A stretch of 63,614 nucleotides of DNA, the filler included. It is 10 parts of 10 records of this genome, joined end to end, with 100 filler letters (N's around TTAATTAATTAA, not from the genome) between each part and the next. Parts side by side here need not be neighbours in the genome. Positions count along the whole stretch, not along the records: positions 23,127 to 31,003 come from SRR7504441_7904; positions 31,104 to 34,795 come from SRR7504441_7905; positions 34,896 to 40,070 come from SRR7504441_7908; 7 more parts are not named here. One strand, written 5' to 3'. Below, one piece after another: positions 23,987-35,210 of this stretch (the first letter of the stretch is position 1; each line of letters opens with the position of its first letter). The notes beneath the pieces were generated by a model. That model was not told where the DNA came from and searched no databases. It saw only the letters and a program-made list of their open reading frames with translations. The position numbers and the translations under genes were made by a program.

Positions 23987-26900
23987 ATGGCCTCTCTCGC
24001 CACCTCGCAAAGCTTGTTGACCAGGACGTCGCCAAAATCAAAGCCGCGTCGTCACCGGGCAACCCCCCCGGCTGGTTCGAGAATGCAGCCGAGCGAGTTG
24101 GACTCTGTGCTCACCCGGCTGGCGCTGGCCAACGACCGGCAGCTGGCCACCGTGCTGCGCAACGACCTGGTCCGGGTGATCGCCTCGAGCGACACCCCCG
24201 CGGTCCAGCCTACGGTGATGAAGATCCTGGGTCACCTCAATAAGCGAGTCAAGCCCAACCCGGCCATCCCTCTACCGGCCGACCAGCTGACCGACCGGTT
24301 CGGCCAGCCTGACCCGGCCGCCCCACTCTCTTCCCAGAATCTGCTTCTCGTCTACATAAGACTGGCATTCGAGCGCAGCCCGGACGACGCGGCCCGGCTG
24401 TGCCCGGAGCTCCTCCCGAGGATCGCCAACCGGCCGGCGGCGCACCAGTCGGCCATCCTCCGGATGCTCGCCCCGGTGCTCCTGCACCAGCCTCCGGTCG
24501 TCATCCCCCAACTGGCCCCACCCGACCAAGCGGTCATCCTGCTGTGGACACGGCAGCTCCTCCTATACGTCAACCCCCCGCCGGGGCAAGCCCTGGCCGC
24601 CCCGCCCCCGGGCCTCTCGGCCGACGCGGTGGAGCGGCTGTGCGGTGCCCAGCGCGAGCTGGCCATCCCGACTGACCAACTAGCCGCGCGCAAGCTCGGG
24701 GCGCTCCGACTGCTCAGGGCCAACCTGGGCACCTGGGCCAGTCCGAACAGTGTTTATCCTGCCTTCCTGGTAGGCGCGGCCGACCCAAACTGCGCGATCG
24801 TGGACTTTGCGGAGGACCACCTCCGCCGCACGCCGGTTGACCCGGAGACCTCGGCCGAGCTTGTGGGCGAGCTGCTTCAGATGTGGGTCCCGCCCGAGGG
24901 CGCACCTGAGACTGTGCGGCAGGTATACTGGCAAGCCGCCGTCGGCCGCGGGCCGGCGGGATGGGTTCGGGCCGGTGGCGGTGCCGCTGAAGGTGCGGGT
25001 GCTTCGTGCGCTCTCTGGGCTGCCTGCTGTGCCTAGCCAGCTGCCTGCCACTCTCAAGGTAATGCAACCCGGCGGCGTGAGGCTCAGCGGCGCGGCAGGT
25101 CGTGTTTGATGGAATGAACTCGGCGCACGCCACGCTCCGACTGAAGGCGCTGGCTGTCGAGATGGCCTGCAGCACGCTGAGGCGGGCCGGTGAGCCCATG
25201 CTGCCAAAGCTCGCTCCGCTGTTCTACCAGGCGCGACGGCCTGTGCGGCGGGGCTGAACGACCACAGGCATCCCGGAAGCTGGTTGATCAGAACGCGCTG
25301 CCTGACGCGGCCCACCCAGACCAGGCGAGTGCTAGCGTAGTGCAGCCCCGGTATAGTAGTAGAGCCACCAGCAGTCGGAGCTCCGGTAATGAGCGCGAGT
25401 CCAGGTGGCCGTCCAGGCGGGCGGGTACGCGCTGCTGGCTGCCGTAGCCGAGCGGGCGCCTTCTCTCTTCCAAAATGATCTTTCCACCGTCAAGCAGCTG
25501 TTCGGCGCGCTCGCTCGTGACCCTGTCCCACGGGCCAAAGGCTGAGGTGTCGGCCAGGTGAGCCGGGCGCTGTCAAGCCGGCGATCCAGCAGGCGCTCTG
25601 GGCCATATCGCGGGCGTATGTTGGGTGCGGGCCGGAGCTGATGGAGAGGCTCCAGGCGGTGCTGCTTGACACAATGGAGGCTCATAAGGCCGAGCACAGA
25701 GTGAGGCTGGTCGTGTGCCAGTGGATCAACGCTGTATTTCCGTTCAGCCACGCCCCTTCTAAGCTGCTCAGCCTGGTCTGCCGGGCCGATGCGAGCGTCG
25801 AGGTGCGCGAGGAGGCCAAGAAAGGGCTGCTCCCTCCGATGTCCAGTGAGAACGTTCAAGTGGTCGCCTATGCTTCGTTCAGCGAGCTCGTGGCCATGCT
25901 GACCAGCCCGCGCGCCAAGGGATTGCTCCCGGATCCGGCGCTTTGCGAAGGGCTCAAGCTGGTGCACGCGGCCATGCAGTTTCATGCCTCGCAGCCGGGC
26001 CAGGGCCCTCTGGCTGAGTACGTCGCGAGGATGCTCGGCGATGAGAGCCTAGAGCGGTGGATGCAGGCTCTGCTAGACTGCTGCGCCCGGCCGGCCTGCT
26101 CGCACGGGCTGCTGGCCCAGGCGCTGCTGCAGCTGCTCGAGCTGCTCGTGTGCGTGCCGGCGCTGGCCGCACGGTATGCTGAGCTATGCCAGCACGGCAG
26201 CTGGCTGGTGGCGCAGCTCACTGAGTCGACTTCTCCCGAGGTGAGGGCTCGTGCAGCCCAGGTGCGTGCCCGGGGTGAGGGCGGTGACCGGGGCTAGTTG
26301 CTCGGGGCGGCCTCGGCGCATCTGGATCAGGAGCAGGCGAGTAGCCGTGTAGTATGGCACTGACCGTGAGCAGGCGGCCGCCCTGGCAAGTAAGCTGATG
26401 GAGGCCGGCCCTCCGCACCTCGAGGCCCCGCGCGATACCGCCCTCTCCCACAGGCATGCCCAAGAGCATCACAGACCTGACGCCCCAGTAGGTTCCACGG
26501 CTCTATCCTCGCTGTCGGGGCCATGCTAGCTTACGGCGCCGTCACGGGCGAGAGCGCGGCCGAGCTTGCAAAGTCGTTGCTCGAGCTGCTGCCACAGGAC
26601 AGCACTCCTGGCAGCGACCAAAGCGCACTCCCACGCTGGTCGACCGTCGCGGTGGCGCTCGCTGCGCCTGGCGGGGCTGGGCTGCTGGCGGAGATGCTCC
26701 CGCTTGGTGGCTGCTCCGTGAGGGTGGGCCGACTGGGCTGCAGGTGAGCAAGTGGAGCCTCCGCTGGACAAGAAAAGCAAGCCGGTCCCTGTGGTGGCCA
26801 GCCGGACCGCCATCGCCAACGCGCTGATGATGGTGGTGCAACGAACGCACGTCACCCACTCCAAGCATGCGGAGACCGGTGAGCCGCCCGCTGCCAGGCC

Positions 26901-29900
26901 TGAGCCGGGGCTAGCGATCGCGGCGCTCGGGAGAGTATGGAAGCATGAGCCTGAGCCGTCGCTGGTGCGGCTGCGGGCTGGCTAGGGCTTGACGTGCGGG
27001 GGAGGTGTGCCAAGGCGTGGCCAAGCTGCTCGAACTGTGTGGTCGTAACGAATCTTCCGAGCTGCACTTCGCGCTCGGAGAGACGCTGGCGCTGGCCACT
27101 GTGGGCAGGCTGACACGCCCAGAGGGGACTTTCGACATCGAGCAGGCTGTGCTCGACCCGATGTTCAATTCATCCGCTGCGACCGCCTCAGATGACGCGC
27201 CACCGACCGCGGAGCCGGCCGCAGAGCCGATGGGGTCCGTAGTCAAGACGATCATGGAGACTCGGCTCGTCGACGGAAACAAGTTTGGCCGGTGCGCTGG
27301 GGCGATCTGGGCGCTCTCTCTGGTGAAGCACTGTGCCAGCCACCCGGTGGTGGTAGAGGCGATCTCAGCACTGCACCAGAGGCTCACTCAGCTGCTTGGC
27401 GACACGTACGAACTCACCCAAGAGGTGTCCAGCCGGGCGCTGTCGCTTCTCTCGGACGCGGGCGACGCCTCGACGCAGACTGCACTGCTGGATCGGCTAG
27501 TTGGTCAGCTCTCGGGGAACAGCGCAGCTCCTTCGGTTGAGACCAACACCGACAGCGCGCTGAGCGATACGTTTGGGGCAGCGACAGACGGACAGGTGCC
27601 CGAACGGTGGTGCTGGTGTGACGGCCGCGTGTAGGTGACTAGTTACAAGGAGCTGTGCTCGCTGGCGGCCGACATGAACCAACCAGACGTTGTGTACCAG
27701 GTAAGCTGTACAGTCTCGTGTAGCGCTGAGCTGTGTGCGTTTCAGTTCTTGGACCTCGCCAACCACAACCTGGCCTGGAACTCGCGCCGCGGCGCCGGGT
27801 TTGCACTCGCCTCCCAGAACCGCTCCCGGCTTGAGCCGCACATGCCTCAACTGGTGCCCAAGCTCTACAGGCGACCGCTCGCCCTGGACCGGGGGCCATT
27901 GAGTATCCGGTGCAGGTATAGGTTTGATCCTCACCAGCCGACCCGAGAGGCAATGGGCCGGATCTGGTCCGAGATTGTGACCGACGACCGCAAGTGCATC
28001 GAGCAGTACTACGAGCCTATCATCCAAGACGTGCTCACGGTGATCTTTGGGCCAGCGGCTGGCCGACTGGTGGCAGTGTGCTGGCTCTCGGCTATGGCGG
28101 CAGCGCGAGGCGGCCTGTTCGGGCCTGGCCGAGTTGGTTCGAGGCTACAGCTTTGATCTGCTCGAGCCGCACTTTGAGACGTGCTGGCGGCTCTTGTTTA
28201 GACTGATGGTCTGCCCTGCCCAGGGCGCGGGCTGACGGCGTGCAGGACGATATGAAGGAGACGGTCCGCGAAGCTTCGACTGCACTCTCGCGGGCGCTGG
28301 GAGGAGTGACAGTCAAGCTTTGCTCCGCAGACCAACAATCGGACAGCACCGCGGTGGAGCGAAGGGAGGCGGCGGTGCAGGTGGTGCTCCCGCTGCTGCT
28401 GCTGGAGGGGCTGGTCTCCAAGGCCGACGCGGTGCGCGGGTTCTCGGTACAGTATGTGGCCAAGCTTTGTGAAGTCGGCGGCAAGTTGCTCGAACCGCAC
28501 GTGACACTGCACACTGCATGATAGTGATGCTAAGCCAGCGGCAGGTGGCGCTGATAGTCAAGGTGCTGCTCGAGGCCCTGGCCGGGATGGAGAGTCAGAA
28601 GCTCTCCTACCTCCAGTTCCACACCGATCAACTCGGGGTCTCCAAGGAACAACTGGAATCGGCGCGCGTCCAGGCTGCCAGCGCTTCTCCGATAGGACAG
28701 TCCATCCGCTGCTGCCTCGACCACGTCACACCCGCAAACGTCAAGCCACTCGTGCGCGAGCTCAAGGCCCTGTTCAAGTCAGCCGTTGGGATTCAAACCA
28801 AGTGCGGCTGCGCCGCGTTTGTGACCTCTCTAGCCTCGCTCAAGCCGGATGTGATCGCAGAGCATGCGCCTCCGCTGCTCGAAGCCATCACCAACGCGAT
28901 CGGTGACCGGTCAGCCACCACCAGGAAAGCGCTCGCCAACGCGGCTGCCCACCTGGCGCGGCTGTCCCCGGACGGCATGACCATCCTGGTCCAGGGCTGT
29001 CTGAAGCGGTACGGCGACGGGAGCGAGCTCGAGCCGGCGGAGGGCGCGGCGCTGGTTCTGGAGGAGCTATCTCAGTACGCGCTGGATGCACTCAAGCCGC
29101 ACGTTTTGCTGCTGCTCCCGGTAGCATTCGTGGGCAAGCAGGCCGAGGCTAAGCCGGTGAGCAAACCGCTCAAGTTTGTGTGGAGCGAGAACGTCGGCGG
29201 GCTGGACGGGGCGCTCAGGCTGTTCGGGGGGTCGATAATCGGATTCATCGTGCGCTGCCTCGGGTCGCCGTCGTACGAAGTGCGGAGGCAGGCGGCCCGG
29301 GCCCTCAGCGAGCTGTGCGCCGCCCCGAGCAGTCAAACGGTGCTCGAGCCGGCGATTGGCACGCTGCTTCCGCCGCTGCTCGAGCTGTGCCGTGGGCCGC
29401 ACTTTGAGGGCCAGCTCTGTTGTCTGTCCGGGCTCGCCAAGCTGCTCAAAGCGAGCCATGCGCATGTCAAGCCGGGGCCGCTCACCCAGGCGGTCGAGGC
29501 GTTGCTCAAACCGTGCGGGTCGGCCAAGCACGGGCCGGCCGCCCAGATCGCCGGGCTGACGGCGCTTGGCGAGGCGTTGGGTGTTGATTTGGGCCCTTCA
29601 CACTCGCAGGTTGTGTCCGCGGAGCTGCTCCGACTACTCGATGAATGGACAGCTGGGAGCGAAGGCGCTCCAGCCGAGCAGGAGAAGGAGCCGTCCCGGG
29701 CGGCCGAGCTGGTCTGCAAGGGGCTGGAGGTGGCCGGGGTGTGTGCCGGGCTAGGGTCGGCGGACGAGTCGTCCCGGGCGGCTCTCGTAGATCTGTTGGC
29801 ACGGCGGGTGCTCTGTGCAGGTAGCAGCTGGCCAAGCGGGCGAGTGGCCGGGTGGCAAGCGGTGAAGCGGGTGGTCGAGGCGGGCGGCGGACAGGCCGGG

Positions 29901-30119
29901 CTGTTGGTGCCGTTGCTGGCGGAGAGCGTGCGTGAGGACCAGACGCATCCGGTGCAGGTGGCTGGGCTGGAGGTGGTGGTGGCGCTGCTGGCGGAGGAGA
30001 GCGAGCCGGTTGCTGAGGCGGAGAAGGATCAACTCGGCCGGCTGTTGGATGGGCTGGCCGGGGTGGAGCACCAGGAGGTCAAGGGGCTGGTGCACGCTGC
30101 CCGGGGCAAACTAAGCTGA
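23987..30119 (+). CDS. ECM29: Proteasome adapter and scaffold ECM29
   Basis: RLALAND...[82 protein letters not shown]. About 16 short introns. Confidence 0.93.
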
Positions 30120-30360
30120 TCGCTCAATGGTTTATGGCTTTACACGAGCTCTAGTACAGTAGAGTTGACGACGTACCGTACGAGTATTGACACGTAGACT
30201 CGTATTAAAGTCGCGATCGGAATGAAAATTATGCCGTGTAGAGTAAATGCTTTTGGCAACAGCTGCTAGGCCCATACAGCTAAAGCGTGATCAGCCACCG
30301 CTCGCCACCGACTATTCAATGCTAATTCAACGCAGGCACCCCACCCGCCGCACCCCGCCG

Positions 30361-30699
30361 TCAGCGGATCTTGGAGGCAGCCCCGTACAAAGACTTTGCC
30401 TTCTTGCCGCGGGTCCGCCGTATTCTGCTGCGGCCGGCCGGCCGGTGGACGAACACCCACAGCACCGTCCCGCACATCTGCCCCGGGTGGGCCGGGCCGC
30501 CGGGCAGCGCACCGTCAGGAAGGCGACCACCGCGAATAGCAGCACTTTGTTCTTTTCGGTCAGGAGAACCCCCGGCGGCCCAGCCGAGAGCACCGGGCTG
30601 GCCCGGGCCACCAGGTCCTCCGGGATCCCCTCCACGCTCCCCTGCCCCCCGCTGAGCCCCGTCGGGCCCCGGCGTCACCTCGTTCAGATTTTGCTCCAT
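30361..30699 (-). CDS. Small single-pass membrane protein (may extend 5')
   Basis: Two GT-AG introns join MEQNLNE-GSVEGIPEDL...VLLFAVVAFLT-MCGTVLWVFVHR and a basic tail. Confidence 0.5.
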   Translation of the reverse strand: MEQNLNEVTPGPDGAQRGAGERGGDPGGPGGPGQPGALGWAAGGSPDRKEQSAAIRGGRLPDGALPGGPAHPGQMCGTVLWVFVHRPAGRSRIRRTRGKKAKSLYGAASKIR

Positions 30700-31103
30700 G
30701 GGTTAACTTACCCCACCGCGGCGCACACCGAGGGATCGCGTCCCGAGCCGCGACCGCTCGCGTCAGTCGTAACCAGGCGCAGCTGGGATGATCTCCGGCC
30801 CCGCCCAGTCCCACCCAGTCCACGGCACAGCAGCCACCCCAGCCACTCTCTGCGTGCCGCCCACCGCGCTCCAGATCTGGATAACGGAAAAAAGCTTGCA
30901 CCGACCCAGCCAAGCCTCACGCACCGCACTCAGGCGCACCGCACCGTAAAGCGCGCTGACCGGGCGGTGACTAGCAGCATGCTCGTCCCCAAGGCAAACA
31001 GGCNNNNNNNNNNNNNNNNNNNNNNNNNNNNNNNNNNNNNNNNNNNNTTAATTAATTAANNNNNNNNNNNNNNNNNNNNNNNNNNNNNNNNNNNNNNNNN
31101 NNN

Positions 31104-34100
31104 GGTCAAGCAGCGCCGGTTCCTTGCGGCGGTCGATGAGCTCAAGAGCCGGTCGAACGAGCTGATTGCTGTGCTCGAGCCCGCTGCTTTGCTGCAGATA
31201 GATCAGGACCAGATCAAGAGATGGCTCAGGCTTGACAGCAGCTTTGACTTTGAGGACCCGCGGCCGGAGCGCCGGGGGCTGATTGTGGTGCCGGGCGGTG
31301 AGTTTGTGGAAGATGTGCTGATGAGGAGCCCCGAGGCAGCGCACGAGTACGCGGAGCAGACCGGGTTTGTAGACTTCATCCGGCTCGAGGTGATAGTGAT
31401 CAACCACGGCGGGCAGCACGAGTGGTCGGTCGCAACGGTGAGCAGCGGGGATATAGAGATCAGTGAGAGCGATCTGAAGGAGCTCCAGCGCGAGTACGAT
31501 GCCCGCAAGGCCCGTCAGATAGAGGAGCGCGAGCAATGGCAGCGCGAGCGCCAAGCGCAGCGGGAACGGATGCAGGCTGAGGCTCAGATGCGCAGACAGG
31601 CGGAGGAGGCGGCCGAGCGAGCTCGTGAGGCCGAGAGGGAGCACCAGCAGGCAGCCAGGCAAGAACTGAGCCAGTTCCTGCACTCGGCTGGCGTGGCGCA
31701 TTTCGAGTCCCAGTTTGGCGATCTGCTGGGGATCGGTTCGCTGGACGAGCTGGCCAAAGTCAGCCGGGGGCAGCTCGATGAGATCGGGCTCACGAGCGTC
31801 AAGCAGCGCCGGCTGATGGCTGCGATCAGCAAGCTGCACCCGAGCAGCGGGCTCGACAGAACAGCCACCGTCTCCGCCGAGGCCCTGCGGCGGGCCCAGG
31901 AGCTCCAGAGGCGGGCCCGGCAGCTTGAGGAGCAGCAGGAGCGCCAGGAGGCTGAGCGACAGCGCCGAGCTGAGGAGGAGGCCCGGATCAAGGCAGAGCG
32001 AGCGGAGGCGGCTCGCCGGCGGGCGGAGGAGGCCGAGCGCGCAATGCTTGAGGCGGAGCACGCCCGCGAGCAGCAGGCCGCCAGGGAGCTGAGTGAGTTC
32101 CTGGATGAAGCCGGGGCGTCGGGATTTGAGTCCAAAATAACGGTGCGAGCCCATCTGACTGGGGATCTGACTGGGGCCGCAGGGCGTGCTCGGGGTCAAG
32201 TCGATCGAGCACCTCAAGCGGTTGCGGCTGGAGGACTTGAACTCGATCGGGATGAAAGGAGTCAAGCAGCGCCGGTTTATGCACGCGGTCGAGCAAGTCC
32301 ATCCCGGGGCCATTGGGATCCGGCAGCTCCACCAGGCCCAGCAGCGGGCAGAAGCGCTAGCCCGGCAAGCCCGGCAAGCTGAGTGGGAGCGCGAGCAGGC
32401 CGAGGAGCAGCGACGGCGCGCCGAGGCCGCCGCAGCCGCCAGGCGAGAGGAGGAGGAGCGCCGGCGGCTCGAGCGCCAGCAGAGGGCGCGGGAGGCCGAG
32501 GCCGAGCGGCTGCGCCATGAGTCTGAAGAGCGGGCCCGGAGGCACCGTGAAGCAGTGCGGTTGGCGGAGCAGCTAGCTCGTGAACGGGACGCGGCCGAAG
32601 CTGCAAGGCAGAGAGCGGAGGCTGAGCGCCAAGCGCGCGAGGCGGCCGCGGCTGCTGAGAGGGCGCGGGAAGCTGAAGAGAGGGCTAGAGCTGCGGCGGC
32701 CGAGCGGAACTCGGCGGCTAACAGTGGAGCGCTGGCCAATGCCAGTGAGGCTGTGCGCGAGGGCCGGAAGCGCTGTGAGAAGATTGTGAGGAGCTGCGAG
32801 CGAAACGGGTCTGATACAACGGTCGAGTTATGTGTGAGTCGGGGGCAGGTCGGCTTATGTTGATCCCGAGTTTCCGCATTCGTGGGAGTCGATAGGGACA
32901 GGAGATAAGATGAGAAAAGTGCGTCAGCAGAAGCAAAGGAGTGGTGACACCATTATCTGGTGCCCTGGACTGTCAAGTCATGCCAATGAGCGTCGCGGGC
33001 AGGAAGCGACCCTGTGACATGTACAAACAAGACATGTCTCTGTTCACCAAAATTGACGCCGGTAGCAGCGAGCTGGTTGGTGTGCGTAACAGGCGGCGGC
33101 AGGTGTGAATCAAGGCCAGCTGGGCGACTGTTACTTCCTTTCGACTGTTGCTGCAATCGCCTCTAAAGCACCTGAATGTGAGCGGAGCTGCCTTGGGCCC
33201 TGTGCGAGCTCAGGTTGCCAGGGCTGGAGAGCATGTTTTGCTTTAGGAACGAAACTTTTGGTGTGTACGGTGTAAGATTCTGGAAGGATGGCGAGGAGAC
33301 GGTTGTCATCATCGACGAATACGTTCCTAGCTTGGAAGCTGGGCCTGGATATTCTTACGCTGATCCAAAATTCTTTGGCTGGAGTGCTGATAAGTCTCAG
33401 GTTGGCGCTGCGCAATTCTTGGTTTCTCTTTTTACCTCCACCTGTGTGCAGACATATGTCGCACTGCTGGAGAAGGCATTTGCTAAGTTAATCGGGACGT
33501 ATGAAGCATTGACCGCGGGCAACATGAACACCACGATGACCTTTCTGTTCGGGGGCTCGATCCCGACACAGTTTCACTACGAGGGCCACAGGTGCGCATG
33601 GCACGTGAGTCCCCACTGAGTTCTGGCCTTCAGTATCGACTTGGTGTGGTCGTACTTGAGGAAGAAGTCTGAGGCAGGCTGGCTGCTAGTCACAGGCTGT
33701 CATGTGGCCGGCAATGGGCTGATCGCGCCGCATGACTACACCATAGAGCAGATTGTTGAAGCCGACGGGATCAGACTGATCAAACTGGCCAACCCGCATG
33801 GCCAAGGCGGCAGAGAGTGGACTGGCGCTTTCTCGGACGATTCGAGTGCATGGACGCGCTCGCTCAGGCAACGGCTTGGGGTCAAGCAGGACAAGGACGG
33901 CATTTTTTACATGCGGGTCGAAGACTATGTCAAGCAATTCACCGAAGTTTGCGCCGCCTCCCCGGGGTCTGAGTTTACTAAGATGGCTTGCATCTCCGGT
34001 CGCTGGAGAGTATCAGACGTGAGTGGCGCTTGGTTGAGGCTACAGCTGAATGTGGCGACAGGGGACAGCTTGCGGCAGTCCGACTTTCTACTCAAATGGC

Positions 34101-34614
34101 ACTGTCGATGCCAAAACCCTTCCACAATATCATCTGTGGGTCGACGGACGCGGCGAGCAGGACGTCTATATCTCTCTGGTCCAAGACTCCAAGCGCGGTG
34201 GGTATAGCTGGGTTGCTGAGGGCTCACTAGGGCGCAGGGAGCAGGGCGGGCGCATGCCACATCCAGTTCTATCTCGAGAAGCCCAAGGGCGGCTTGAGCA
34301 GGGCCCAGGTTTGTTGGCGCTGAGCTGGACGCCAGAGACTGAGTTGATCGTGTGTAGACTGCTCGAGGCGGGCACACGGAGGAAGTTCACAATAAGGACG
34401 GTTATGATCACAACTTGTACTACCTCTCCTCTAAAGTCGTGACCCGGCACTTCAGGCTCCAAGCCGGAACGGTGACTCAATCGGCCGTGCTAGACTGACC
34501 GTTTGTGTCCAGCGGCCCTTCACTGTTGTCCCTTCGCAATTGCATGGCGGAGTCGATCACGGGTTCCAGCTCAAAGCGTACTCCAAGACCCCTGTGCGAT
34601 TTGCACGGGCCTGA
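31104..34614 (+). CDS. Calpain (CysPc plus domain III) with N-terminal SAM domains and coiled coils, 5'-truncated
   Basis: QGQLGDCYFLS (Cys), GLIAPHDYTI (His), KLANPHG (Asn), LLEKAFAKL, EWTGAFSD. SAM-like LDEIGLTSVKQRRLMAAI and LNSIGMKGVKQRRFMHAV. Confidence 0.88.
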
Positions 34615-35210
34615 GCAGCCTAGGAGCCCCTCACTGCTAACCGTGCTAACTAAGACTAAGCCTGCGAAATACGACGTGCAAAACAGCACGGTGCCATAAA
34701 TATTACATAAATTCTCTTACTGATCCTACAGTGTGGTGCGACCATGGTTCGTGATCGTGTGGGTCAGGTCGCCGTGAACGCGACGTGGGTGGGTGNNNNN
34801 NNNNNNNNNNNNNNNNNNNNNNNNNNNNNNNNNNNNNNNTTAATTAATTAANNNNNNNNNNNNNNNNNNNNNNNNNNNNNNNNNNNNNNNNNNNNTTGGG
34901 AGTGGACCTAACCTCATAGTAATTTACAATCGATTTGTAATCGGTTTGCGTGCAATGGCGAGGCAGCCTGCGGAGCAGATTGTGCACGTGTGATTACAGG
35001 GCCTTTATCTCAGCTTTATTTAGATTATCTAGAGTGACAAGTATTGAAAAGCGATCTCATATATTTGAGACAATTAAGCGATCTTGAAGTCTGTGATCAT
35101 TTGCGTACCTACGTATGTCTTGAAAGCTGGTCGACGGCTCGTGGAGGCAGGATAGAGGCAGGACCCCTCGCTACCAGACGGCCCTCACCGGGTGACTCAC
35201 CCCGGGTGCA

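Noticed and set aside
25325-25430. Apparent frameshift or RNA-editing site in ECM29
   Set aside because: An 80-nt GC-AG intron (25325-25404, CAG|GCGAGT) restores HPDQ-VAVQAGGYALLAAVAER without a frameshift.
31048-32739. Long antisense or shadow ORFs (563 aa here; also 22023-22982, 59129-60262 and the 5' part of 16107-17270)
   Set aside because: These are by-products of high GC and codon bias opposite real genes, and show no domain motifs.
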